From NCBI GenBank assembly GCA_964036045.1, contig OZ038379.1:20770001-20834000 (forward strand): DNA of 64,000 bases, in the 5' to 3' direction. The notes under the pieces are model-generated. The model did not search any database. It saw only the letters and a list, made by a program, of their open reading frames with translations, and was not told where the DNA came from. Position 1 is the first letter of the stretch. Every line of letters begins with the position of its first letter. Positions 1 to 13,050 of this stretch are shown in pieces. The translations under genes were made by a program, and so were the position numbers. The stretch is from Eutreptiella sp. 'Long Island Sound 2002'. Taxonomy: Eukaryota; Protista; Euglenida.

Positions 1-77
1 AAATTTGTGTGTAGCCTCACTTGTTTAAATGCAATTTTTGGACCAGACACAACACCAAACAAATGAGTCGTACCCCG

Positions 78-491
78 CCCCCCCCTTGTCTAAGCTACGC
101 CAAAGTACCAAATTAATACGGTCCCTACGCCTACTGTAGCTTAGACACGGCCGTAGCTTGCGCGCGACATATACAACTACCGACACACACGTGGAACGTG
201 TGAAAATAACCGGGCGTCCGGGTTCAAAAAGAGAAGATTGCATGGTGAGCTAGTGCAAGAAGGGGGAATATAATCCACAAATACCCCCAAAATCAGAGTT
301 ATGTGGGTTCAAGTGGGCAAACACTCACAACAAATGTGTACATGACCCTATGTACCTGGCAAATTCGTCAAACCCATGTCTTATGTGGTTGCACTAAATT
401 TGGTACCGAATTAAAATTAGGTACCAAATTAATACGGTCCCTACGCCTACTGTAGCTTAGACACGGCCGTAGCTTAGACAAGGGGGGGGGG
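78..491. mobile_element. MITE-like element with about 22-bp terminal inverted repeats and an internal 55-bp direct repeat
   Basis: Left end C8-ttgtctaagctacg (78-99) is the reverse complement of right end cgtagcttagacaa-G10 (468-491). An exact 55-bp direct repeat gtaccaaatt...ccgtagctt occurs at 105-159 and 421-475. A related TIR (ttgtctaagc) recurs at 20121 and 20425. Confidence 0.6.
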
Positions 492-3469
492 TGGTACATC
501 CTTTCCTTCGCCGTGCCACATCTGCTGTCGAGGGCTGTGGCAGCAAGCAACCTAGGGCAGCAAGCAGATTGTGAGCTGCTGTAGCTCCGCATCCTCAATC
601 TCAGGAACAAACTCTGGACTAGAGGTGCAAACAAGGGATGTTGCACATGTGAAAAACCAAGGCTCTTGTCTCATTGCGTCACTCAGTGCCTCTTGGAGGT
701 TTGGCAGCAACACAGCGATATGATTGTTACCCCCATGTACTTTGCACAGTTGAAAATCATGGCACCCACAACAGCCAAAGACTCCAAATGCAGCTCCCAT
801 TCCTGTGGGTTGTCATTATATGCATTCCTGTAACTGCACAACTCCTTACAAGAGGCACATTTTTTTCGGGTCCTTTCAAGCGTACATCACATTTCATAGT
901 TGCTGTGGGAGTGAAACATAGATAGTACTCCTGCACTCCTGCATTTTGGGGGGGGGCAGACAGGAGCTTGTGGCACAGACAAAACTGGGTCTTTGATGAT
1001 AAAACACCAGCCCGCCTTTCGGCCATTTTTGCCCACCTCCTGCGATATGTATGTGTCCCACAGCTGTGGTGCTTGGCCCAAGCAGCACCCTTAGCATCTT
1101 GCCTCAACCACACAAGGGGCACAAAAAAAAAGTAAGAGGCCACGAAAAGGTAAAACCTGGAACATGGGGGGGGGGGGGGCGGAGAGAAGGGGTTAAACAC
1201 CAAACACAACACAACGACCAAGTTGTTGCTTTGCGTGCGCACTGTGTGCATACTGCGCACGCAGTATGCATGCTGCGCACGCAGAGGCCGGGATACTCAC
1301 CCAAGAATACCTGTCACCTGACTGGTTGCACCGCGAAGCAGCAAAGCCCACATGAGAACAACAAAACTGCCTTCAACTTGGTACTCCACTGTCCCTATGA
1401 ACAAACCACTCAGCCTTGTAAAGTCCGCTTGCTTTGAGCGTTTCGGTGCCCGTGGCTTCGCTCTTGGAGGCGGCAATGAGGTGTCCATTGACTCAGAGCG
1501 CGGGGAATGTGTTGTCCGTGGTCTCTTGGGTGATGGGGACCGCGAATAGGGTGAAGGGGAGGGCAGTGGTGATTCTGAGCGTGGACGCGACACACTTGTT
1601 AATGGCAAGCGAGGACAGTGATGTGGTGGGGATGAAGGCCGTACCACAAACTCCTCAAGGTCCGCGGGCTATGTATGGCTACATCACCCCTGCCTTCTCG
1701 GGGTCCCCACAGTGGGGAGAGTTCAATATGGGGGATGGAAAATGGGTGAAAATGGTTGACATTGGGCAACAAAGGGTGACAATTCAAATGTGCCACATCC
1801 CAAATGCATAGAAAGCTAAAAAAAAACCTCCGGTATGGAACCAAAAACTTGTCAAAAGGGGCCAAAAGTAGGGTCCGAGTATTTGCCGACATCCAAAACT
1901 TCGCACTGCGTGCACGGCATTCCCAATGCAACCCCAAAACCACTCACAAAAAACAATGCCTTGGCTCCACCTTAAAATTGCATAAATGAGTGAACCCACC
2001 GAATGTCATGCAAACTACTGGGCCATGTCACAGTTTTGAAGGTAACTTGCATTTTAAAAGGGACATGCTGGAAGACAGCCGCGTTTTGGCTTGTTGCCCC
2101 ATTTGCTCCCAGGCCTGAATGGCAAAATCACTCCCAAGGGTTTCTGCCTAGAGCATTCACGGGCACTGGTGACATGCAAGAACGAAATGCAACGTGAAGT
2201 GGTCCGTGACTAAGAAGTTCCCCTCTGAGCCAGTCAAACGGTGAGCCATTTCATCTTGACTGCCAATGGACCCTGTTGCATGCATAGCTGGCCACCACCA
2301 AGGTCCGTGTGCTGGGATAGAACTATTTAGGTGGGAATCTTCAGTGGAATCTCCAGGACAACAGGTGGAGATGTTCCCATCATGTGTAGATGTGCCTAGG
2401 AGGCAAATGGCCACAGCATGATGCAAAAATCCAGCAACAGCCAAGGAACGAACGCTGGCCGAGGAACAACCACTTGCCAATGATCCGCATGTAAGGTGAT
2501 GTTTGATCTCCAAGGCCAGATCCCATAAAACAAGGGTACTACCCTTAGAGCCCCTCTTCTAATCCCAAAATTCACACTTATCTCACAATTTTCCACCTGT
2601 CCTGTGTCTGTTGTTGCTGTTGCAACTTCAAGAAATTCACCTGCACTTGTACACAAGCTTTTGTGCATCCACTTTCTCCTTCACGACACGCAAAATGTGT
2701 AAATGTGTAACAGGCATTAAGGTACGCAAGAAACTCCGAACTGGGGTCCAAGTGGCCACCATGCAAAGGCCGCACTGTGTGCACGCTGCACGAATGGCAT
2801 TCCCAACGATCGAAAATGTGGTTGTGAGCGTACCCATCAGGCAGCAAGCATTGGATTTTTGCAGGAAACATGTCAAGGGGTGCAGTTGCAGCGGGTTGCA
2901 TGTGCACTGCATATCCTTCTCATAGGGGGAATCCTTGCACTGCGCGCACACTGCGCGCTACTTTTAGACTATGATCCCCCTGAAGAGCCCACAGGCACGC
3001 CCCTTGGAAACACCCTTAGAATTAGGCGACCCAAACTGCACTGGAGGGGACCTTCAGGGGGACCTTCCCGGTTCTTGTCTCTCACAAGCACAACACAAAC
3101 TCAGGCACGTGCTCCATCACTGGCCGCTAGTGGGCTGTGGGTTCAGAATTGTGTGAGTGTCCGTGAGTGTATGGAAACAACTCGTCATATAGGGCGGGCG
3201 GGCGGGCAGTGACCACCCAAATATAAAAATATTCTGAAATCAGATATGGACATGCATGGGAAATCTGGCGATTCCCTACTGTGAATCCCTGTTCAACCTC
3301 TGTTTTCAACTTGTGGTACAACCACGCTTCCTCATCAGCAGGGATGCGGCCTCGCATAAACCAAACAAAAACTGGGCAAGCGCGTCACGTCAACTCAACG
3401 GGCCACACCAAAGCATGGGATTCCATCACCCCAACTCAAGGGCCCACATCAAAGTGTGGGAGTCCATGG

Positions 3470-3580
3470 TGAAGATGAGCAAAAAAAAATGTGAAAAGGG
3501 GTGGAAATGGGTGAAAGTGGGTGAAAATCCAAAAATGCCATATCCCCCATGTGGAAGAAGCATCAAAACCTATGCTAGGG
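3470..3580 (+). repeat. Dispersed repeat family (gggtgaaagtgggtgaaaat...ccatatcc...gaagcatcaaaa); other copies near 5745-5840 and, diverged, near 1715-1850
   Basis: Visual alignment of about 3480-3575 with about 5750-5835 shows the shared blocks aatgggtgaaagtgggtgaaaat, ccatatcc and aagaagcatcaaaa. Confidence 0.6.
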
Positions 3581-4169
3581 GCAACAATGATGCCCCTAGT
3601 ATCACAAAGTATGGGTCTCTAGTACGGCCAAACGCCCAAATAGTTGCACTGCGCGCGCACTGCGCTAAAGGCGCCCCCATGACTGACCACCCCAAGCGGC
3701 ATCAAATAGTAGGCCTTCTTGTGAGGGGCATTTGGTGCAAATAGTTAACCACACAAACATTCCTGCCATGGTCCACGTACCACTGATGGCACACTGCCAA
3801 CAGGGCAAACAGGATATGCCCCTGCCTGACTGTTGCGCCATATTGCATGGGCCGCTCCACTTGGCCGTTCAGCAATTGACAAAAGACTGTAATAAACGAC
3901 ACCTTTGTTTCAAGGAATGGCCCATATTTCGGTTCTTGTGACGACACAAATGCACTCGTCAACATCAGAACCGTCGTTCAAGTGACAGAAAAAATGGGAA
4001 GGCCCCACCAACAGTCGCCATGTGATCAAATTGTTTTATGAGCGCATTTCCAGGCTAGGCCATTGAAAAGGGCTAGGGGAGCTGACTTGAGCTGTGGAGT
4101 GTCGAGTATTGATTTAATATCAAAATGCATGCAACTGCCGACTTAATTCGTTAAACCGCCAAAGGGTCA

Positions 4170-7100
4170 GAGGGGAGTACTTGCGCCGCCTGCGCGTCAT
4201 GTGCCCCAGGAATGGCCGGATTAATTTTCCAGCATCATTTCCTACTGTTTCCCACTTCTACTATACTCTTGCCGTCCCTGCCGGGCAGTTGCCCTATTGG
4301 TTGCGCCGTGTGTGTGCTGCATCAAGTGGTCCCACAGAGTCAGAGCTCCGAAAAACTGCAGGATTAGAGGGCCCCAAAAATAGCAGGTACCGAGGATTGT
4401 TGTCTGCGCTAACGGCAGTACCACTGCCGGCAGCGCCAGGGGGGAAGTCTTGCGCGGTCACCACGTCTTTGACGCCAGAACAGCGGCACGCCGGGGCAAA
4501 GCCCAGGCAGTTGTCTGGCTTGGCACCGCGCAGCACCATTCGCACAATTCAGTTGGTTTGTGTGGTGTCTGGTCCAGCAAAAATTGCAGTTGAACAGCGA
4601 GGCTACACACGAGATGAACAAGCAAAGCGCACGCACAGCTCGTGTGTTGGGGCGTGAGTGGGAGTGCAGCAGGAAATCAGGCAACACAATGCACACCCAC
4701 TACTGATACAAATGCGCAATAAGGTCAGGTCAAACAGGTCACGCTGGGAGCAAGACAGAGTGGCCGGAGCCTCCTGCAGGGTCAACGGCGGTGTCCACAA
4801 GGTGGGCCAATAAGAGGGCAGTTGGCATATGAGCGCCATACCGCATGCGTGCCGGCACATGTGGCCGTGCCACCCGCTGCTTACACACCAGCCCTGTGGA
4901 CGACAAAATGACCACCACCTGACCAATTGCGCATGGGGGGGGGGGGGGGGGCGACCGGCGCTCTTCACGAATACACCCGCCATCATTCACCAACAGAGCA
5001 CGGCTGTACGGCGCATGAACAAGCTGGGCTGTGCGCGCCGTGCAGGTCTGGGCGGTGTGCGCCTGGGCGCGCACACGTGAGACGCTGCCGCAGGCGGCAC
5101 GGGTGAGTCTTTCAAGTCCTGAACGCACCAGCGGCAGTGGCACTGGGCACTGCGGCAAGGCCGCACCAAGCACCAGCGACGCCATACTGTTGACCTCAGG
5201 CGACTGACCTGAGCTACTCTGCCACTGGGGTAGCGTACCTAAGAGGGTATGTTTGCCCAGCGCGCACCCAGCATCCAAATCAGTGTCCCAGTCGTCGATC
5301 CCAATGCTTTACCACTAAATATCACTCCCTCCTCCAGCCCAGCAACCCTAAGCACGAATGACACAACAAAGCACAACTGCAGGTGAACAAAGAACCTTTC
5401 ATGCATTGTTCCTCCACAACCATAATGCCTGCCGAGGACTGCGTTCCAAGGAAATAGTATCAGGTGTATTGTTGCATGGGAAGGTCACGGATGTAAAGAA
5501 ACATTACAAAATTATGGTGCAACATGCACAACTTCATCCCCACAAGTGTGAGGGTTAATACATTCAGCGCAATACCTCTCCTTGCACTGCCCACAAACTG
5601 TGGTGGTGTGTTTGTGACAACACAAAGCACGAACGTCTTCATCATATTCATCACAATCGTCTCGTGAGGCAGTGCTTGGGTCATCAACAACAGCCCAAAC
5701 ATGCGGCGGCACATGGTCCCATGGACCATAAGGAATGGTTGTGGTGGAAATGAACAAAAAATGTGTGAAAATGGGTGAAAGTGGGTGAAAATAAAAAATA
5801 ACCATATCCTCAATGCGAAAGAAGCATCAAAATATCCGTTTTCAAACAACAACATGTCCCCAACACAGGACAGAAAGCGCGGAAAATGGGGGGAACTGGG
5901 GGAAGATAAGAGAAAACTTTGCCCGGCGCGCTAACGTACTCTCTTTACCCCCAAACAACACTCCCTCCTATAGCCCAGGAAATCTAAGCACAAGCACATT
6001 GTATGACTGTTGGCGATCAATTATTTTCCCATTTTTTCGCCCAACAAATGGGAAGATCACATGCACCCTACCCTTGTAGGCCCCATCATGGCCACCCATG
6101 GCACCACAGGGACGACGGAACTGCAGCGGTGGGCAGTAGTGCTGGGCACGCAGTCCTATGCTGATCCCGGATCCCCCCGGCCCTCCCCGCATCCCCACGC
6201 TGCCACAAGGGCAGACACAGCGTTCAGCGACCACCACATACTGGGGTGTCGGTACACACGCCAGGAGGGACCTGTGGGAGGAGAGGACGTCCTCAAAGAC
6301 TAGTCCAGTCTCTCCTGTTTCGCAGTTGCTTCGCATGTTCCCCCAAGAAAACCCCCCGCTGGACTGCAGGTTCCATGTCGACAACGAGCGGATGTTCAGC
6401 GCGACGGCCAGCACTGGCACATCGCGTGTCCTTCTCCATCGCTGTTACCTGCCTTTGCAGCGAGCGCTGACGGGCACTGCGGTGGCATGCGCGCAGGGGG
6501 GGGGGGGGGGTGAACGCGGCGCCTGCTCCGTGGTCGCTGTGGAGGGTCGACGCTGTACAGTGCGCCGTGAGCGCGTGCCTGCGACTGCCGGCCGCGTGCA
6601 ACGGTCTCACGATAACCACCGGGGAAGGTCTCGGGTCGCAGCGCACGGGGGCTTCTGCGGCTGACCGCATCCTTGCCGAAGTGAGTAGGTCACAGTGCGG
6701 CCTCTGCACGTCAGGGTGGATCACCGCAAAGACCCCGCATCTTGCAGACCACAGCCGCACCGGCAACACGCTGACACACGCCCTCCTGCAGACCTCTGTC
6801 GGTGCATGGGCGACCGACTGTGCAAACTCGCAAAACGCCTTTGCGGAGCCTGCTGACGCCGCAGGAGAGGTCGACAAGAAGCCGCTAGCGGCGGCAATCA
6901 AAGAGTCATGCGGCCCCTGCCATGACGTACGCACCAAGGCTCCGTGCGGCAGACTCTGCGACAGCAAGGCCGTACAGGTGTCCCCACCATCGACGACTGC
7001 GGGGCCTCAGGCCATTACTCGGCGTGATCAGACCCAGTGCGCTCTGCACTTTCGAGCGAAGACAACACACTCGAACACCGCGGGGGGCCATCGCTAGGGC

Positions 7101-7900
7101 TCTCGCCAAGCAGCCCGATGCAGTGCGTGTGGACGCCAACAGCAGCGTGGGCGTAGCAGAGTACTATTCATCCGAAAACCAGTGCATCGTAGCAACGGTC
7201 TGCCACGGCAGAGAGCCGCGTTCATCGTGGACGTGTCGCAGGGGGCAGAAGTTAGTGCTGCGGCGGTGCTGGTCGGCAATCTCATGGATGACACGCGGAG
7301 CAGCAGTCATTCTTTGGTGGTGGACGCCTGAACCCGCATCGTCCAACGCATTCAGGCCCTCGAGAATGCCGCAAGAGACCAGGGGCAGCAGTACCCGCAG
7401 CACCTGGAGCCACTTGTGGCTGGGCGGGGCGTAGCGCGAGGCTGCCAGGCTCAGTCCAAAAGTTGGTTTTTCGGCTGTTAGAGACCGCCCTGCTAAAGGG
7501 GCGCGGAAGGCGGGCCTGGGCGACAGTCTCTGTTTGATCAGTTGAGGATGGGGCCGCAACGAAATTCGAGGAGGCGTAGTGAAGGAGGTCTCCTCCGACA
7601 TTTGCGGCCACGCAGGCGAGTGGCAGGAACACAGGCGCACTCCGCTGCAACACGGGGCCGCAACTTGTGCGTGGCCGCCGCACATCCAATCGCCTTCCCA
7701 CGCGCAGACTACATTGGCCAGTACGTTCCGTCGTATCACACGGACTGAAGGCGGCGCCGCACTGTCGTGCTGTGGAGGGCCTCGTCCAGGCACGTGGCAG
7801 CAGCTTTCTGCTGGCGCTCAGGGCTACGGTGCTGCTGACTTGTTCAACCCTGTGTTTCCCACATCAGCATCGGGGTCATTCCTGCAGTACGCGGACACAT
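4170..7900 (+). pseudogene. Decayed GC-rich ORF relic, probably retroelement-derived, interrupted by a repeat insertion at about 5280-6340; identity unresolved
   Basis: Long stop-poor frames (4181-4657, 6158-6664, 6510-7097, 6922-7434, 7579-7902) have high GC at codon ends and are broken by isolated stops and frameshifts. Antisense shadow frames are also long, so the strand is uncertain. No diagnostic catalytic motif was recognised. Confidence 0.3.
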
Positions 7901-8276
7901 GACAGATGGCCCAATTGGGACGGAATGACGGATCGGGCACGGTGTTCCAGGGGTGCTCACCGAAGAAAAGAAAATTTGGCTTGGCTCTCTTCATGGCAAA
8001 CAGCAAATGTGTATGAGTTGACATGTGATCGCGTCGTCGTTTGATTTCTCTCGCACATGTCGCAAGAGGATACAGCAGTCGAGAGTATTCAATCGACTCT
8101 GACGATACTTTGGACAGCAGATTCTGGAGTCAGCCATGGACCGTGGTGTGGAGGGGATAAGATGCAGTGCCCATACAAGGGGGGTCGCACCACGTGGCGA
8201 CCCTCGCAGATGACCATAACTGGCCAAAAAAAAAAAGATGCATTCATCCGTTTATCCATCGCACCGATGGCACCAT

Positions 8277-9848
8277 CTACTTCGGAGATGTCTGCGGCTC
8301 TTTCTCGGTGTGCGCGTGGCGGTAGAGCACCTGGTTGCAGCCATCAAACGGGAGAGTCGCGCGCTGGATGCCGGGGTCCTTGGCCTGCAGGTAGTCGAGC
8401 AGCTGGTCGTACGTCGTCACGGGGCCCCCGGCTGCAGTCCGACGGTGGGGAAAGAGGCTAGCGTAGACGCAGCACGGCACGACGGCGAACGGCTTGTCGA
8501 GCAACAGCGCGAGATCGACCAGGAACTCGGTGGCCTGATCAGGGTGCATGCCGACGGCGCAGGAGAATTGGGATAATCTCTCGATCACCGCGCGCGCGCT
8601 GTCACCAGTGCCGGTCGTGCTGGTGAGGGCACGAACACTTGCTTGCGCGAGCGCTTCAAATTCCAATTTCTGAGGATCGGCCTCCTCTTTTTCATCCACT
8701 TGTTCTTGCGTATCCTGATGATTGCGCGCGTGCTCTTGCTCGTGGAGGCCTTTGGCGGACCACGTCAGGCGCGCCGCCTGTGCTGCCGCATCTGTGAGCC
8801 ATTCCTGAATACACTGGACGCTCTCGACGCTTCTAGAGTCACCAGCACCGCCGACACCATTGCTCACACCAGCACCAGCCCCCTGCCCGTCTGGCGGCCC
8901 CGCCACGGCCGTGGCCAGGGCCTTGAGCAGGTCATCGTCCACGTAGAGCTGCACCCAGTCGATCGGAACAACACGGTCCTCTCTCGAGCGGCGCTTGGGC
9001 AAGTACACCTGCGCACTCGGATCTCGCTGGAAGTGGCCCCTGAGAAGCTTCCGCACGATCCGGTAAAGGGTAGGACGACGGGGGTCCACGACCGTCGCCT
9101 TGATGCCGCACAGATTGGAGAGCAGGAACGCGACCTCGCCGGTTCCGCCCGCGATGTCGAGCACGCCGTGCGGATGGCCCCCGTCCGCAAGCCCGAACTC
9201 CTCGACGACGAACCGGCACAACGCCCAAGCGCGCCCACCGTTGCGCACCTTCCGCCGGTGCCCACCCCACGACCGCGCGGTCGAGTACTGTGTGGCCTCC
9301 GCACCGCGTTCGGCCTCGGGATGCCGGAAGTAGCAGCGGTCGCCCAGGCGGCAAGTGCCTTTGCGGGCCCAATGTTTGCACACCGGGCGGGTGTCCCGGT
9401 CGGAGGTCAGCTCGCCGAGGCCCTTGTCCAGTGCACAGGACAGGTGCACCCAGACAGAGGGGTGGGGGTGCGACTTGTGGAAACCGGAACCGGCGACTGC
9501 CAGCGGTTCCACGCGTACCCGTGGCAACGGATAAACTGAGGCGCCGATCAGGCAAGCTTCGCCACAAAGGGGACAAACCGTGTCGTGGCCACAGATGAAC
9601 CCGAGCGGGTCGGTTTCTCCAGAGCCGGAGACCGACTGCAAGTGCTGCTGCACCAGTTGCTGCTGCTGGTTCACGTGCTCGCCCTTGGCGCCGTCGTGGT
9701 CAGTTCTGCCAGCCCTCGACAGCTGCGCACCGGTGGAACAGCCCACGGTTGCTGGCTCGTTTAGTGTTGGTGGCTGGCCACAGCAGGCTTCGGCGTCCCC
9801 TCCTGGGCCCGCTGGCGCCGGCTTCATGCCAGCGTCGGCCATTGCCAT
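8277..9848 (-). CDS. Intronless protein with an N-terminal Cys/His cluster, a CCCH zinc finger and a C-terminal SAM-dependent methyltransferase-like domain (putative RNA methyltransferase)
   Basis: The 533-codon open frame (8277-9878) has its first ATG at 9848. CCCH finger: C-x8-C-x5-C-x3-H (CKHWARKGTCRLGDRCYFRH). Motif I-like: VLDIAGGTGE. Downstream motifs GMHPDQATE and KPFAVVPCCV. Codons are GC3-rich with a long antisense shadow ORF. Confidence 0.9.
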   Translation of the reverse strand: MAMADAGMKPAPAGPGGDAEACCGQPPTLNEPATVGCSTGAQLSRAGRTDHDGAKGEHVNQQQQLVQQHLQSVSGSGETDPLGFICGHDTVCPLCGEACLIGASVYPLPRVRVEPLAVAGSGFHKSHPHPSVWVHLSCALDKGLGELTSDRDTRPVCKHWARKGTCRLGDRCYFRHPEAERGAEATQYSTARSWGGHRRKVRNGGRAWALCRFVVEEFGLADGGHPHGVLDIAGGTGEVAFLLSNLCGIKATVVDPRRPTLYRIVRKLLRGHFQRDPSAQVYLPKRRSREDRVVPIDWVQLYVDDDLLKALATAVAGPPDGQGAGAGVSNGVGGAGDSRSVESVQCIQEWLTDAAAQAARLTWSAKGLHEQEHARNHQDTQEQVDEKEEADPQKLEFEALAQASVRALTSTTGTGDSARAVIERLSQFSCAVGMHPDQATEFLVDLALLLDKPFAVVPCCVYASLFPHRRTAAGGPVTTYDQLLDYLQAKDPGIQRATLPFDGCNQVLYRHAHTEKEPQTSPK

Positions 9849-12800
9849 GGCAAGCGAGCGTCTGACAAGCAATGCCAAGGCCTCGTGGCCCTCAACAGCG
9901 AAGCGGGTGGTTAGGTAAGCCTAGATTAGAGATGGAGCCGGCGTTGGCGGGCCTCTGGTCCCACTCCACCTCTGGACGACCAGCTTTCCTAGTACGCAGA
10001 TGACTTCCTGTTCAATACTTTTGTATCTCTTCTGAAACTCTTCAACATGTCTCTTTCTTAATTCAAGGTGCGACGGCAGATTGAATCCACCATCTTCGGT
10101 ACGTTCGACTTGGCAACGCCGTCTTTTGCATTCTCAAAAATCTTTTGACTCTGGTTGTGCCAGCAGTAGGAGATCAAGTGGAAAAAGGCGAGTGTCAGCA
10201 CACTGATGGCAGTTTTGGTTGGGAGAATTCATCTATTTTGGATGCTTACACATATGCTTCGATTTGGTAGAACAGACAACGATCTTATCTTGACACTGAT
10301 GGATAAACATGCGCCCCGATTAGTGCTTGCCAAAGTCTTCGATAACCCAGTCTTCCGCTGAAAGCTTATTTTGCGCCGTGAGTCTGCGGATGCGGGCATG
10401 GATGGCTTGGTGTCACTTTTGGAATGGGTTGCCCCATCTCAGAGTGAGAAGCTTGCTGGTGCAGGTCGCTTGCTGGTCCAGTGGTTGTCCGCTATCTACA
10501 TCATCAAGTATCTCTATAGCTCTACCTTGTTTCAGCACAAATGCTGCAATGCTGAGTTGGCCCTCAAAGTCTCTTCTACCAGCCCAAAACCTGACTCTGT
10601 CCCTTAGGTCTACTTCGCGTGGCGAACTGTTCCATCCGGTTGTTTGTTCTGCTGCATGACGTGACCCAACTGAATCTAATCTACTCTTCCTTCCACCCTG
10701 CCAAGTGGGCATGGACCATGCGCACAAACCACAAACAGTCCAAAAACAGTAAACAGCACCATAAGCAAGCATGCGCACAAGCAATCTGCCAATTGCATTG
10801 TCGCTGCAACCCACCGTGCGCGTAGCTGTCAATTGTTTCCCCTGTTTGCATGTCGCCCCATTGTTCGCAGAACATGGCTGACCAGGACACAGTGCAGAGC
10901 ATATGCCCCCACCCTTGCGACCACTAGTAACCAACACATTCCTTCTCAACATGCACCACAATGAAGTGCACCACATGACAACCACAACGGCTGGTCACCA
11001 GGCGTCCAAAAACGTCACATTTAACTGCATAAGCCCTGGGTAAATGGATCAGGGCCATTTGCCATCCCGTTTGGTTGATTGATCGCGTTTAATATTGTCA
11101 AAAATGGCTTCATGAGTTATTGAGTTGTTGCTCGCATGGTTTGTTTGTGTCCCAGATGGACGAGCCAATTTCGGCACACAGCCTGGAAATGGTCTTGTAC
11201 ACTACCTGGCTTGGTCAGATTATGGGGGTTTGTATTTACTTGGCCAGTACTGGAGACAGCTTAATCTTTCAGCTGCAGCCGCGCTTGCGCGTGCACCACC
11301 GCAGTGACTCGTTACGAAACGCACTCAACATGTAGCAGTTATGGTCCAGGACAGCCGCCACAAAAAGCCCGCTGTGGGCAGTTAAAGTATACACAGTATG
11401 GATGGTGAGGCTCGTAGTACACAACTTTCCAGGCCCTGCATGAGAGACGGCCTGGCAAATGCTCCCCAAGCCTCGCTCTCATTGCAGATGATGCTGCATG
11501 AGTCAGTCAGTTGGCCAACATCAGGCTGCTTGTCTGTTCCCACACACATCAGAATGCACCAAAGCCCATCACAAATCCTGAAACGCTGCGGAGCCTAAGG
11601 CATCTCCCTGGCGCACAAATGTGCTGATGGGCAGGCTTAAAGATGTGTGAATGTGATATGCATTTGGTTACGAAACCTGATTACCATCATAAAGTAATCT
11701 GCAAATTGCAGCTGCGGGAGCAAATTTGTTCAACACATAGTGTTGTCGTCCAGGTTGCGCCGCGCACGCCGTGAGCTACTGTTGTGAGCTACTGTTGAGT
11801 AAATCCAGGATGTCCTGATTTTAGACCCCTCCCAAAAGGGCCCCTCAGGAGAGCAAATGCTTTGGCCAGAAAAATTGGATGAACACCCCTCCTTTCCACA
11901 ACCATAGCACAATCAAGAGCACAATACAGTCTACACCCACATCATAATCTTTGAAATGGCTCTTGGCCCATTGTGGCCCTTTGTGGTCCCAGATAAGTAC
12001 ATCCACAGAGGTGCGCGAAGCAAGAGGACCAATCCAAACGACACCTTTCCCATGGACGTCGCCAAACAGCAGCGCTGTGTGTGCGCCACGTCAGGTGCTC
12101 CCCAAAAAAAATCCACAACCCAAAAAAATGGGTGTAGACAGTGCATTACAATTTCCTGTCAAGAGGTCTGCCCTCCGTCTGGTGCAACAATACCACACCA
12201 CTGCTTCATTCTCAAAGCAGCACGCTTTGCTTGCATAGGGGTGGGGTGATTTTTGCAGAGGGTTTTTTTGTACGGGAAAAATTTGTCGGTTTATTTTGCA
12301 TGCAGCCCTGAATTTGCTGTGGGAAATTTCGCACCCACATGCTGTGAGCCTGCCTCTGGCAAGGCTAGACTTGCCATATTACAGGTTTTTTGGTGTGTTT
12401 AACGTTTGTTTTATGCGAAATTTGCTACAAATGTTGTTTTTTGTGAATGCTGTTCTTGCCTTTTTGGTATCTGATGGTTTGCTGTAATTGTTAGTTGGCT
12501 GCTGTTACTTCCTGGTGGCTTGCTGTTACTTCCGGGAGGGTGTATGCAGAAAATGGACAACTGTGCAACAAGAGGATGAATCAACGGCGAGAGGCTTCAT
12601 ACCCACAGAATTCGACAGTACCCCGTCTACAAATGCAAATGCTCAGCGTGTGACAAAGGCAACTGAGGAGAAGGAATTTGCTAGATGTCGAAATGGGTTC
12701 ATTTCGCACAGCGGCCGGGAAAATTCTGTGGGAAAGTTCGCACGAGCTTGAAACACGAAATATCCCACGGCGAAAAATTCCACCACAAAGTTGCCCCATC

Positions 12801-13050
12801 CTGTACAGCATCTTCACCTGTCTGCATCTGCAGTCTGCATCACCAGAGCCAGTGGCAGTTACATGCAACCGGACTGGTCTCATTGGATGAAGGGCCAAAT
12901 TCTCAGGCACAATCCCGTTTCCTTGCATTTTGTATCCACCGAAACTGACCCTATGCTTGGCTGGACAAGCTACGTCTACCAAACATAAGAGTTGCGCTTC
13001 ATGCAGGGCGTTGAATTCCTCAAGGGATATTTGGGACTATATATATATTA

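Noticed and set aside
500-650. Possible minus-strand host exon (PEFVPEIEDAELQQL) after a pyrimidine-AG site
   Set aside because: Too short, with no recognisable domain and no partner exons identifiable without RNA data.
6293-7793. Stop-codon reassignment to explain long frames with in-frame TAG/TGA
   Set aside because: The intact genes in the window use standard stops and have none internally, and the relics also have frameshifts, so decay is the simpler explanation.
8643-9918. Overlapping ORFs on the plus strand and alternative minus frames
   Set aside because: They are antisense or frame shadows of the GC3-rich 8277-9848 gene. The same reasoning applies to ORFs overlapping 17657-18925 and 41494-42928.
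11155-11310. Possible plus-strand exon after ttgtttgtgtcccAG (GLVHYLAWSDYGGLYLLGQYW)
   Set aside because: Protein-like, but two frames are equally plausible and no family was recognised.
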